Source: Bacilli bacterium
GTDB lineage: Bacteria > Bacillota_I > Bacilli_A > RF39 > UBA660
Assembly (NCBI GenBank): GCA_017472015.1
Contig: JAFURC010000049.1
Span: forward strand, 22,220-86,219
Direction of reading: 5' to 3'
DNA length: 64,000 bases
The notes under the pieces are model-generated. The model was not told the DNA's origin, did no database searches, and saw nothing but the letters and a program-made list of their open reading frames with translations. Both the position numbers and the translations under genes were made by a program. Below are positions 33,585 through 43,608 of this stretch, piece after piece (positions within the stretch are counted from its first letter, which is position 1; each line of letters opens with the position of its first letter).

Positions 33585-33797
33585 ATGAATATAGACAGAA
33601 TTATAAAAATGCAGATGATTAAATTAAGCAATAAATATGAAATGTCTATGATTGAAATATCTAAAGTTAAAGAAGATAGAGTAAGAAAGACTATTAACTT
33701 TAATATAAAACTAAAAGGTTCGTCTCCAAAAGATAATTTATGTATGAGATTTAATAATAAAAGAGAATTAGTGAGTTGGTTGGTATGTCAAAGTTAA
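33585..33797 (+). CDS. Hypothetical protein
   Basis: GAGGTG RBS. Confidence 0.45.
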   Translation: MNIDRIIKMQMIKLSNKYEMSMIEISKVKEDRVRKTINFNIKLKGSSPKDNLCMRFNNKRELVSWLVCQS

Positions 33798-34231
33798 CTG
33801 ATATACAAAAGAAGAAAATTATTGCTGATTATATAGAAACTCAAAATTATACTGAAGCAGGAAAAATGAATAATGTTGCTGACAACACCGTTAGAGCAAT
33901 TGTTAATGGTAATGAAGAGGTATCGAAAAAACTCGAGAGAAAAAAAGAAGAAAACACTCAAGATATCCTACAATATATGGATTCGATTTCTGAAAAACAA
34001 AAAAGAATAATAGATTTATCATTAGATGCTTTGGAAAAAAAATTAGAAAATCCTGATATGTTTACCAATGTAAAAGATATAGCAACAGTTTATGGTGTTA
34101 TATTTGATAAGGCATTAAAATATAAAGAAATGAAAATAAGACAACAAGAATTAAAAAATACTAGAAGAGATATAGAAGATTTAACAACACTTGCAGATAT
34201 GTTAGGTTTTAATAAAAAGGAAGAGAAGTAA
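33785..34231 (+). CDS. terS: Terminase small subunit
   Basis: N-terminal HTH-like region IIADYIETQNYTEAGKMNNVADNTVRAIVNG; ATG-TAA overlap with terL. Confidence 0.55.
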   Translation: MSKLTDIQKKKIIADYIETQNYTEAGKMNNVADNTVRAIVNGNEEVSKKLERKKEENTQDILQYMDSISEKQKRIIDLSLDALEKKLENPDMFTNVKDIATVYGVIFDKALKYKEMKIRQQELKNTRRDIEDLTTLADMLGFNKKEEK

Positions 34232-35577
34232 TGCAAACAATACAATGGTTGCCATTTAGTCAAAAACATATTGATTATATATTAGCAAGTAAAGATAATA
34301 AAGCGAATGTTGCAGAAGGAGCAGTTCGTGCTGGTAAAACAATAGATAACTGTATAATGTTTGCGTTAAATCTTGAATATACTCCAGATAAAATACATCT
34401 AGCAAGTGGAAGTACCTTAGCAAACGCAAAGTTAAATATAGGTGAGTGTAATGGTTTCGGATTAGAACATTTATTTAAAGGGAGATGTCGTTGGGGAAAA
34501 TTCAAAGAGAATGAAGCCTTATTCGTTGAAACTAAAACTGGTGAAAAGGTAGTAATATTTGCAGGTGGTGGAAAGGCTGATAGCTATAAAAAAATATTAG
34601 GTAACTCATACGGGTTATGGATAGCAACCGAAATAAATGAACATTATGATAGTGATAATTCTAAGGAGTCATTTATTAAGGTAGCGTTTGCTCGTCAATT
34701 AGCGAGTAAAAATCCGAAATGGTTCTGGGATTTAAATCCTGGTAATCCATTAGATACGATATATACTGATTATCTTGACTTATGGGAAAAACAAGATTTA
34801 ATAGGTGGTTATAATTATAAACACTTTACAATATACGATAACAATGCAATAACAGAGGATAGAAAACAAGAAATAATAAGTCAATATGATGAAACTTCTA
34901 TTTGGTATCAAAGAGATATATTAGGTAGGAGAGTAGTTGCAGAAGGACTTATCTATCAGGAGTTTAAAGATTATCATATAATAAAAATGGCTGACTGGAA
35001 TACGGTTGATGATAAAGGCAATTATGTAAACGAATTAAGAAAATCATTAAAGTTCATAACCGTAGGAGTTGACTTTGGTGGAAATATATCAGCACATAGT
35101 TTCAATGCAACTGGTTATACATATAACTTTAGAAAGTTTGGAACTATTAAACATAAGAGAATAGCAAAACGTATAGATGATAAGGAACTAACAGAGCAAT
35201 TTGTTAGTTTTATTATGGAATTAAAAACTGAATATCCAACGATAAATATTGTTGATATTCGTTGTGATAGTGCTGAACAGACTCTAATTGCTGGTTTTCA
35301 AAGAGCGTTAAGAGAGCATCAAATAGGAATACCTATTAATAATGCAATAAAAGGACCTATATTAAATAGAATTAGGTTCTATTGTAAGATGTTTAGTTCT
35401 AATAAATACTTTGTCTTAGAGAGTTGTAATGACTTAATAATAGCATATAAAACAGCAATATGGGAGAAAGATAAAAATGATGTAAGATTAGATGATGGAA
35501 AACAAGATGTTGATAGTTTGGATGCTCAAGAGTATTCAACAGAACCTTATATGAATGTATTAGTTCAAATAAATTAA
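34231..35577 (+). CDS. terL: Terminase large subunit
   Basis: Walker A-like GAVRAGKT; size and position. Confidence 0.85.
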   Translation: MQTIQWLPFSQKHIDYILASKDNKANVAEGAVRAGKTIDNCIMFALNLEYTPDKIHLASGSTLANAKLNIGECNGFGLEHLFKGRCRWGKFKENEALFVETKTGEKVVIFAGGGKADSYKKILGNSYGLWIATEINEHYDSDNSKESFIKVAFARQLASKNPKWFWDLNPGNPLDTIYTDYLDLWEKQDLIGGYNYKHFTIYDNNAITEDRKQEIISQYDETSIWYQRDILGRRVVAEGLIYQEFKDYHIIKMADWNTVDDKGNYVNELRKSLKFITVGVDFGGNISAHSFNATGYTYNFRKFGTIKHKRIAKRIDDKELTEQFVSFIMELKTEYPTINIVDIRCDSAEQTLIAGFQRALREHQIGIPINNAIKGPILNRIRFYCKMFSSNKYFVLESCNDLIIAYKTAIWEKDKNDVRLDDGKQDVDSLDAQEYSTEPYMNVLVQIN

Positions 35578-35589
35578 AGGAGTGATACA

Positions 35590-36981
35590 ATGGAAAAAGT
35601 TGTTAAAGATTTTTTGATAGGATTAGGATATAGTAGTGATATCATAGATGAAGAACAAGAAAAGAGAGTTGCGGAATGGTTAACTTGGTTTGGTGGTAAA
35701 ACTAAGAAACATGAATATTACGTTTACAATGGGAAAAAGAAGGTTAAACGAGAATATAAAAGTTTGAATATTGCTAGTCAAAGTTGTGGCGATTTATCAG
35801 ACTTTTTCTTTAACGAAAAATTAGATATAACAATTGATAAAGAAAAAGTACAAAAACAGATTAATGCTTGTTTAGAACAAAATGGATTTTTAGATAATTC
35901 TAATAAACTTATGCAATTAGTTAAGGCATTAGGAACAGGTGCCTATGTTCCGTATTTAGATAATAATGTATTAAGAATAAATTATATTAATGCGACTAAT
36001 ATAATGATTTTAGATTCTGATAAAAACGATGTTAAATCAGTTTTGTTTTGGAATAAAAGAAAAACACTTGAGGGAACAGAATTATATGTCAATGCTCATA
36101 TTTTAACTGAAACAGGTTATGTAATTCATAATAGAAAATATTTACAAAAGAATAATAGCGAAAATTATATTGAACAAGACCTTGAAGAAGAAATAAAAGT
36201 AATAGATACTAAATCGTTTGTTCCTAAATTTGCATTATTATTTACCCCAGAAGTTAATAATTTAGATATTAATAGTCCATATGGAATAAGTTGCTATGCT
36301 AATGCATTAGATACGATAATTTCAATAGATCATGGATATGATAGTTTTGATAATGAGATAACAACAGGTAGAAAAAGGGTATATGTTCCTACAAGTGGAG
36401 TTCAGTTTAACATTGACGAAAGTGGAAATACAGTACCAGTATTTGATGAAAACGATATTGTCTATTATGCATATCCAGGAAAAGAAAATGACAAATTACA
36501 AGAATCTAGTTTTGATTTAAGGATTGACCAAATTACAGACGCAATTCAAGCTCAATTAAACTTATATACTGCTAAAGTAGGTTTAGGACATAACTATTAC
36601 AAGTTTAAAAATGGTGAAGTATATGTAAATACTGATAATGTAATGAGTGCTAATAGTGATGTTTATCGTAAAATTAAAAAACAAGAAAATATCATTACAA
36701 AAGCAATCACTCAATTAATCTATGGTATTGCTGAGTTAATAGGAATAAAAACTAAATTTAGTGTATCAGTATTCTATGATGATTCAATAATTGAAGACAC
36801 TGAGAAGACTAGATTACAGGCTCAAAGTGAATATAATTCAAAGTTAATAAGTAAAGCTCAATACTATAGAGATGTATATAAATTAAAAGACACCGAGGCT
36901 ATAAAATTCGCAGAACAAATGAATAAAGAGATAAAAGAACAAACTATAATTGATGGAAGTGAGTTTGATTTAGTGGAGTGA
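35590..36981 (+). CDS. Portal protein (SPP1 gp6-like)
   Basis: N-terminal EWLTWFGGKTKKHEYYVYNG...SLNIASQSCGDLSDFFFNEKLDI pattern; follows terL. Confidence 0.75.
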   Translation: MEKVVKDFLIGLGYSSDIIDEEQEKRVAEWLTWFGGKTKKHEYYVYNGKKKVKREYKSLNIASQSCGDLSDFFFNEKLDITIDKEKVQKQINACLEQNGFLDNSNKLMQLVKALGTGAYVPYLDNNVLRINYINATNIMILDSDKNDVKSVLFWNKRKTLEGTELYVNAHILTETGYVIHNRKYLQKNNSENYIEQDLEEEIKVIDTKSFVPKFALLFTPEVNNLDINSPYGISCYANALDTIISIDHGYDSFDNEITTGRKRVYVPTSGVQFNIDESGNTVPVFDENDIVYYAYPGKENDKLQESSFDLRIDQITDAIQAQLNLYTAKVGLGHNYYKFKNGEVYVNTDNVMSANSDVYRKIKKQENIITKAITQLIYGIAELIGIKTKFSVSVFYDDSIIEDTEKTRLQAQSEYNSKLISKAQYYRDVYKLKDTEAIKFAEQMNKEIKEQTIIDGSEFDLVE

Positions 36982-36987
36982 TAGTTT

Positions 36988-38592
36988 GTGGATGAAAAAA
37001 TAGAAAAAGCAATAAAACCACTTGTTGAAATGTATGAAAATATCGAAAATGAATTGTTAGAGATAATAGCAAGGCATTTTTTATTTTCAGAAGAATTTGA
37101 AAATAGTGACTACTGGAGGATTAAGAAACTTGATGAAATGGGACTATTTAATCAAGAGATAGTTGAATATATTACTAGGTACACCAATAAATCTAAAAAA
37201 GAAGTTTTGACAGCACTAAACGAGATAGGTATAGAAACAGTTAATATCGATAATTTAAATAGGTTGTTTGAAGATGAAGTGTTAAAAGTAAATCCTAATA
37301 TATTAGTTGAAAATTACACCATTCAAAACATGATAAATTTTGCCTACAATGAGGTTTCTAATAGATTTATAGAAATGTCTGATAAGATAGAACAAGCAAC
37401 AAGAGATGCCTATTTAAACGTTATAGAGGAGTGTTATTTAAAAACATCTATGGGAACACATTCTTATCAAGAAGCAATTAGACAATCGATAGATAATCTA
37501 GGAAATATAGGTATTACTACTTTAATCTATAACACGACTGATGAAGAAGGAAATGTTGTTGGAATAAGAAGATATGATGTCGCTGGAACTGCTAGAAGAG
37601 AAATATTAACAGGTGCTAGACAATTATCTAATAATGTTTATTTAGAAGTTGCTAATAAATTAGAAGTAGAATACTTATATCTAAGTGAACATTTACAATG
37701 TAGACCAGAACACTTTGACTGGCAAGGAACAATAATTAAACGCGAGGATTTAGTTGAAATAACTGATTATGGTTCTATTACTGGACTTGCTGGTATTAAC
37801 TGTAAACATTATGCTGAACCGTATTTTGGCGATAAACGTGGTGATGAACTTAAAACATTTACTGAAGAAGAAACATCAAAAGCATACGAATTATCACAAA
37901 AACAAAGATACCTAGAACGAGGTGTTAGGAAATGGAAACGTAAAGCAGAGATGTTTAAAGTTAATGGTGATAAAGAAGCATATCTTAAATCAAACAATAA
38001 AGTAAAAGAATGGCAATTAAGAGTTAAAGATTTTACTGAAAAGAATGATTTAAAGAGAGATTATACAAGAGAATATATTAGTAAATTAGAATTAAAAGGT
38101 TTAAGTGCTAATAGTAAGTTTACTGTTGATAATCATCCAAAACCTAAAGTTTTAGATAATATAAAATTAAGTAATAAAAATATAGAAAAGATATTTAATA
38201 TGTATGAAAATCAAATAAAGAATGATACAATAGAAAATGCAATAATTATTACTAAAAAAGGCAAGATATATCAGTGTTTTGGTAATGAAACTAATGTGTG
38301 GCCTGATATAGATTTAGGTGATGAATTAAAAGAAGCATATGTTACTCATAATCATCCAAAAGATGAAACCTATTATAGTTTTAGTGAGGCAGATATTAAG
38401 TTATTTGATAAATATAAATTATCTAAATTAAGAGGTGTAGATAATGAATATACATATGAATTAGATAGAACTAGAAAACCAGTTCTTGATATGCCTATTG
38501 ATTTTGATGAAGAATATGGTTTAGAACATTTAAGATGTATTCAATATGCAATAGATAATGACATTTGTTATACGAGGTGGAAAAATGAATGA
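36988..38592 (+). CDS. MuF/SPP1-gp7-like head morphogenesis protein with ~170-aa C-terminal extension
   Basis: LSEHLQCRPEHFDWQG core; follows the portal gene; extension carries THNHPKDETYYSFSEADI. Confidence 0.7.
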   Translation: MDEKIEKAIKPLVEMYENIENELLEIIARHFLFSEEFENSDYWRIKKLDEMGLFNQEIVEYITRYTNKSKKEVLTALNEIGIETVNIDNLNRLFEDEVLKVNPNILVENYTIQNMINFAYNEVSNRFIEMSDKIEQATRDAYLNVIEECYLKTSMGTHSYQEAIRQSIDNLGNIGITTLIYNTTDEEGNVVGIRRYDVAGTARREILTGARQLSNNVYLEVANKLEVEYLYLSEHLQCRPEHFDWQGTIIKREDLVEITDYGSITGLAGINCKHYAEPYFGDKRGDELKTFTEEETSKAYELSQKQRYLERGVRKWKRKAEMFKVNGDKEAYLKSNNKVKEWQLRVKDFTEKNDLKRDYTREYISKLELKGLSANSKFTVDNHPKPKVLDNIKLSNKNIEKIFNMYENQIKNDTIENAIIITKKGKIYQCFGNETNVWPDIDLGDELKEAYVTHNHPKDETYYSFSEADIKLFDKYKLSKLRGVDNEYTYELDRTRKPVLDMPIDFDEEYGLEHLRCIQYAIDNDICYTRWKNE

Positions 38593-38800
38593 TAATTTTG
38601 AAAATTATAAAAAAGAATTGAATGAAGAAATACAGTTGTTTTTAAAAAATACTGAAAAATTACCAAGAAATAATCCAGATCAAGATAGTGAATGGAAATA
38701 TTCTAAAGAAACATATAAAAAATTAAATAAAGAAATTAAAGACATATACAAAAGATTACAAAAAAAATACAATATAAAATTAGATAGCACTCAAAAATAG
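38585..38800 (+). CDS. Small protein overlapping the MuF stop (candidate immunity or partner)
   Basis: GAGGTGG RBS, ATGAATGA overlap; 71 aa. Confidence 0.5.
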   Translation: MNDNFENYKKELNEEIQLFLKNTEKLPRNNPDQDSEWKYSKETYKKLNKEIKDIYKRLQKKYNIKLDSTQK

Positions 38801-38927
38801 GGTGCTTTTATTATGCCTTAATAGTATTGGTAGGTGCAATTCCTACAAAGGCACTAAATATGTCTAACTTATCGACAATAAATGTAAGGGTAAAGACCAA
38901 CTTAAATGTCTTTAAAGAAAGGGAAAA

Positions 38928-39455
38928 ATGGAACAAGATAAACCAATTGTAGATAATACTACTGAAAATGTTGCTACTCAAACAACAGAACAAAATGAGG
39001 GTGCTTTCAAAGTGTTTAAAACGAAGGAAGATTATGACAAGGCTTTTGATTCAATAAAAGCTTCAATACTTCCACCCAAAGAAGAAATGGATGAGTTTAA
39101 AGCATGGAAAGAAAGTAAAAAAACTGATGCTGAAAAACAGCAAGAAAAAGATTTATTAATTGAGAACTTAACTAAAGAGAATAATGAACTTAAAAATATG
39201 TCAGCAGTTGCAAATGTTGGTGTAGATACTAAGTTTCAAAAATTTGTATTGAGTGAAGTTCTACAAATGGAAGGAGAATTTACGGATAATCTAACAAGTT
39301 ATTTGAAGGATAATCCACAATTCTTATTTCAAAAACAAGACGAAAAGAAACCCACAACAACTGGGTTTTCTCAAAACATTGCTAACAAAAGTGTTAGCGA
39401 AGAAAAGGCGTATTTAGATAAAAAATATGCTAATAATCCATATTATAAAAAATAA
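38928..39455 (+). CDS. Scaffolding protein
   Basis: Acidic and helical; lies between MuF and the capsid gene. Confidence 0.5.
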   Translation: MEQDKPIVDNTTENVATQTTEQNEGAFKVFKTKEDYDKAFDSIKASILPPKEEMDEFKAWKESKKTDAEKQQEKDLLIENLTKENNELKNMSAVANVGVDTKFQKFVLSEVLQMEGEFTDNLTSYLKDNPQFLFQKQDEKKPTTTGFSQNIANKSVSEEKAYLDKKYANNPYYKK

Positions 39456-39475
39456 AAATAAAGGAGTGATTAATA

Positions 39476-40330
39476 ATGGCAATTTTATATGGAAATCAAT
39501 ATGTTGATGAAAAATATTCAACAGCAATAGAACCAAATTTATATAGTGATACAGTTTTAATTCCAGGAGTGACATTTACTGATAAATATCAAGTAGGTCC
39601 AACAGGTGGAATTTATGTACACAAAATTGATAGTGGAGAGGAAGTTGAACCAGGAACACCAGGTAGAGATTTTAATGATGAGGCAGCAAAAGATGTTTTA
39701 ATTCCAATTGTATTTAATAATAACTATCAAAAATCAAGAAAAATCTATGGTGTTCAAGCAGCAGCAGTAGGTTTTGCAATGGCAGAAGAATATCTAGCAG
39801 ATGCCTTAAATATGACTAAACAAGGACGTCAATATTCAGGTATTGCTTGTATGGTAAATGAAGGTACATTAAGCACTGATACTGAAGCAGTAACTGAAGA
39901 CAATGCAGTTGAAAAATTAACAGCATTAAGAAAACAAATTAAAGATAACAAAGGTACTGCAAACTTCGCATTAGTATCAACTGATATCTATGCTAAACTA
40001 TTAAACAAATTAGGATTAGCACAAGTAATGGATTCAGCAGTAGTAAGTGGTGAACTTATGAAACGTTTTGGTTTAACTATAATTGAATGTAATTCATTCG
40101 ATAAAGCAGAAGCAAAATATTATGACAAAACTGGTGCATTACAAACAGTTGATTTAACTGCTGTAGATATGATTGTAGGTAATTATCTAGCAAACTCAGT
40201 ATTAGATAACTTTAATATGTATCGTTTAAAAGATAGCGAAAATTTTGCTGGTACAAAAGCACAAGTTGAATATAACACAGCATTTACAATTAATAGTCCA
40301 GTTCAAATCGTTGTAAAAAAACACGCTTAA
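39476..40330 (+). CDS. Major capsid protein
   Basis: AAGGAG RBS; position and size. Confidence 0.65.
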   Translation: MAILYGNQYVDEKYSTAIEPNLYSDTVLIPGVTFTDKYQVGPTGGIYVHKIDSGEEVEPGTPGRDFNDEAAKDVLIPIVFNNNYQKSRKIYGVQAAAVGFAMAEEYLADALNMTKQGRQYSGIACMVNEGTLSTDTEAVTEDNAVEKLTALRKQIKDNKGTANFALVSTDIYAKLLNKLGLAQVMDSAVVSGELMKRFGLTIIECNSFDKAEAKYYDKTGALQTVDLTAVDMIVGNYLANSVLDNFNMYRLKDSENFAGTKAQVEYNTAFTINSPVQIVVKKHA

Positions 40331-40353
40331 TAAAAAAATAAGGAGGGATAACA

Positions 40354-40764
40354 ATGAGTAATTATGTAGATAGTGCTTATTATTATAATACCTATAATGG
40401 GGAGTTAATCCCTCATGATGAATTAGAAAAATACGTAATGAAAGCAAGTAGTATTATTAGAAATAGAATTCTTAATAGAGATATAAAAAACTATGAAGAA
40501 ATTGTAAAAAATACTACTTGCCAAGTTGCAGATTTACTCTTTAACCAAAATGAATTTGAAGAAAGAATAAAGTCAGTTGCTAGTGGTACTGAAAAAGTAA
40601 TCACATCTGAAAAAGTTGGAGATTATAGTAGAAACATAAGTGCCACTACGCTCACTGATTTAAAAAATCTTAGTTTAGATACAAAGAAAAAAATAGATGA
40701 AGTGATAGAAGAAAATTTATTTTTTACTGGTCTATTATATATGGGTATTAGTGATGTTCGATAA
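40354..40764 (+). CDS. Head-tail connector protein
   Basis: AAGGAGG RBS; position. Confidence 0.5.
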   Translation: MSNYVDSAYYYNTYNGELIPHDELEKYVMKASSIIRNRILNRDIKNYEEIVKNTTCQVADLLFNQNEFEERIKSVASGTEKVITSEKVGDYSRNISATTLTDLKNLSLDTKKKIDEVIEENLFFTGLLYMGISDVR

Positions 40765-41137
40765 AGATATTACAGTAGTCAATAAAGTGTATGATAAAGA
40801 AGCTAAGATGAATAAATATAGAATTAATCATATTAAAGGTTTTTGGAGTTCTAATAAAGGCATTACAATTTCTAACACAGAACTATTAAAAAGTGATGGA
40901 TTGGTGTGCAGAATATTGATGTCTCAAAAAGGTTATGTAAAACCTAACGAGTTTCAAAAAAGTGAAGAGTCAAAGTGGACATTAAAAAATGATGATTATC
41001 TTGTTAAAGGAATAGTTAATAGTATAAGTACTATTGCTAATCTTAAGGATAATTATGAGTGTATGAAAATAACAAATGTGGCTGTTAAAGATTACGGTTC
41101 ATGCGATATGCAACATTTTGAGATTAGCGGGGAATAA
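40751..41137 (+). CDS. Head closure / neck protein
   Basis: Position; coupled ORF. Confidence 0.45.
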   Translation: MMFDKDITVVNKVYDKEAKMNKYRINHIKGFWSSNKGITISNTELLKSDGLVCRILMSQKGYVKPNEFQKSEESKWTLKNDDYLVKGIVNSISTIANLKDNYECMKITNVAVKDYGSCDMQHFEISGE

Positions 41138-41586
41138 TGCAAATCAGAATGGATGCTAGTTTTTCTTTAAAGCAAAAAGATGTCTTGAAGAAAGAATTAG
41201 GTATAAATCCAGGAGGGAGAGTACAAAAGGTGATAGACACATCAGTAATTCATTATTTAAGGTTATTAATGCCTATGGATAGTGGAATGATGATGGCGAA
41301 TACCAAAAATCTCGTACCTGGATTAATAACTGTTGAAACACCTTATGCTCATTATATGAATGAAGGAATATTGTATGTTGATCCAATTACTAGTAAAGGA
41401 GCATTTCATGATCCAATAAGTGGTAGATATTGGAGTAGACCTAATACAAAGAAAGTTCCTAGTTCAAGAAAACTTAATTACAATACTCAAAATGGACCAA
41501 ACAGGGGAGCACACTTTGTTGAAAGAACGATTGATGGACATTTTAATGACATCTTAAATGAAGCCAAGAAAGAGGTTGGAAAATGA
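41137..41586 (+). CDS. Neck / minor capsid protein
   Basis: Position; ATGA coupling. Confidence 0.45.
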   Translation: MQIRMDASFSLKQKDVLKKELGINPGGRVQKVIDTSVIHYLRLLMPMDSGMMMANTKNLVPGLITVETPYAHYMNEGILYVDPITSKGAFHDPISGRYWSRPNTKKVPSSRKLNYNTQNGPNRGAHFVERTIDGHFNDILNEAKKEVGK

Positions 41587-42005
41587 TTGAAAAAGTAAGA
41601 GCGTATATAGCAACTTGTCCTTATTTAGAAGAATTTACTGCTGTTAATGTTAATTATTTGGTTGATAAGGTAAAAGCATATTCAGTTAATGAGGGAGTTG
41701 GATATAATCCGGTTTTAAAAAAGGACATAATCGGAAATGAAGAATGTCAATTTCAATTTATATTTGATGCCAAGTTATATTGGAACGAAGAAATAGCCAA
41801 CAACATAGATAATTCTGTATTCTTTGAAAAATATAGTAATTGGTTAAGAGAAAATAATAAGAACAAAATATTTCCTCAAATAGAGGATGAAAATATTCAA
41901 ATACAATCCATTGGTGCTACTACTAATGGTTATATTTTTGCAACAAATGCTGATGAAGCAATTTATCGTATTAGTTGTATTATGAAATATAGGAGGAAAA
42001 GATAA
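41583..42005 (+). CDS. Tail completion protein
   Basis: Position. Confidence 0.4.
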   Translation: MIEKVRAYIATCPYLEEFTAVNVNYLVDKVKAYSVNEGVGYNPVLKKDIIGNEECQFQFIFDAKLYWNEEIANNIDNSVFFEKYSNWLRENNKNKIFPQIEDENIQIQSIGATTNGYIFATNADEAIYRISCIMKYRRKR

Positions 42006-42532
42006 TGAATGAAGATGTAATTCAAATTACAAGAGAACAAATTGCAAGTTATTTAGATACTACACCGAATACAGAGACACCTACACTATCATTAATTGGT
42101 ATAGGTATTACTGATTATGGTATAGATTTTAATCCTCAAATGTCTACAAAAAAATATATTTGCAATAAAAATGCAACTACGAAATTAACTAGTTTCCAAA
42201 TGCAAGGAGCGGTATCTCAAGAATGTATTAAAGGAGATCCTGTTTATGATTTTGTAAACAAATTACGTAGAGAATTAAAAATAGGTTCTGAAGTAAAAAC
42301 TCATGTTTATGATGTAGATATGTATGATTCAACTGGTACAGGGCAAGAAACAAAATATCAAGCAACTAAATATGAATGTATTGTTGCAGTAACCAGTTAT
42401 GCCAAAGGTGAAGATCCAATGATTGAATATTCAATCTATTACAATGGAGATCCAACTTTAGGAACTGTTTCATTTGATGAAAGCGGAATTGCTACATTTA
42501 CCGATGCTACATTTACCGAAACAACCGAATAA
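42005..42532 (+). CDS. Major tail protein
   Basis: Position; followed by a strong terminator. Confidence 0.55.
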   Translation: MNEDVIQITREQIASYLDTTPNTETPTLSLIGIGITDYGIDFNPQMSTKKYICNKNATTKLTSFQMQGAVSQECIKGDPVYDFVNKLRRELKIGSEVKTHVYDVDMYDSTGTGQETKYQATKYECIVAVTSYAKGEDPMIEYSIYYNGDPTLGTVSFDESGIATFTDATFTETTE

Positions 42533-42547
42533 ATACGATAATAATGA

Positions 42548-42582
42548 ATGGTGGGTGGATTAATTCGCCTACCATTTTTTTT
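42548..42582 (+). terminator. Strong intrinsic terminator after the major tail gene
   Basis: 10-bp stem ATGGTGGGTG/CGCCTACCAT (two G.U pairs) followed by T8. Confidence 0.7.
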
Positions 42583-42593
42583 ATAGGAGAAAT

Positions 42594-43037
42594 ATGGAAA
42601 AATTAATAATTAATAGAGATGATGAGTTTTATCGTTTAGAAGTAAATGATAAGGGTGAATATATAGAATTTGATTTAACTGATATAAATTTACCAAATAA
42701 ATTTATTAAGGCAAGTGAAGAACTATCTAAAATACATAAGGTTCATGATAGCAATATTGCAAAAATATTAGAAGAAAATAAGGAGAATATTCCGAAAAGA
42801 AATGATTTAATCATTAAATATGAACTAAACGATTGTCAAAAGATGCGTAAGATATTTGATAATTTATTAGGTGAAGGTGCTTGTCAAAAGATATTTGGTG
42901 ATAAAAATAATTATTGCATGTTTGAAAATTTGATGGAAGCCTTAGAACCTCATTTTGAAAAAATGGAAATAAAAATGGAAAAAGCGAAAAAGAAATTAAT
43001 TGATAAATATATGCCTAAGAATAGTGATGTGATGTAA
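42594..43037 (+). CDS. Tail assembly chaperone
   Basis: Position before the tape measure gene. Confidence 0.45.
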   Translation: MEKLIINRDDEFYRLEVNDKGEYIEFDLTDINLPNKFIKASEELSKIHKVHDSNIAKILEENKENIPKRNDLIIKYELNDCQKMRKIFDNLLGEGACQKIFGDKNNYCMFENLMEALEPHFEKMEIKMEKAKKKLIDKYMPKNSDVM

Positions 43038-43604
43038 GTGTATCCAACTAAGATGGAAGTTAATGGTCGCATTTATGATATAAATACTGATTATCGTGTA
43101 GCATTGGCATGTTTAAAAGCAATAGATGATGATACTATTAGTGGTTATGAAAAATTTATTGCCGTTGAAAGTTTGTTATTGGGGGTAAATGTGTTACGAC
43201 AAGATGAGCTAGCATTAAAACCTAAGATAATGAAATATTTGCGTTGTGGTAGAGATATAAATGTTAATACTAGTGAGGTTGATATGGATTATATTCAAGA
43301 CGAAACCATTATTAGAACTTCTATAAGGCAGTGTTATAACAACTTAGATATTGGAAAAATTGATTATCTTCATTGGTATGAATATAACGAACTTATCGAA
43401 GGTTTAACAACTGAAACATTGCTTAATAAGATACGTGAATTACGTACTTATGATGTAAGTAAGGAAACAGATTTAAAACGTAAAAAAGAAATAGAAAATG
43501 CTAAAAAAAGAGTAGCATTGAAGAAAAAGGTATCATTAACTGATGAACAGAAAAGTAAAAGAGAACAATTTTTAAAACTCGCCAAAATTAATGTAAAGGG
43601 GTGA
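43038..43604 (+). CDS. Gp15-family tail assembly protein
   Basis: VNGRIYDINTDYRVALACLKAIDDD pattern; position. Confidence 0.5.
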   Translation: MYPTKMEVNGRIYDINTDYRVALACLKAIDDDTISGYEKFIAVESLLLGVNVLRQDELALKPKIMKYLRCGRDINVNTSEVDMDYIQDETIIRTSIRQCYNNLDIGKIDYLHWYEYNELIEGLTTETLLNKIRELRTYDVSKETDLKRKKEIENAKKRVALKKKVSLTDEQKSKREQFLKLAKINVKG

Positions 43605-43608
43605 TAAA

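Noticed and set aside
42594-43604. Programmed -1 frameshift between the two tail-chaperone genes
   Set aside because: The ORFs simply abut (TAA followed directly by GTG), with no overlapping extended frame and no slippery heptamer seen.
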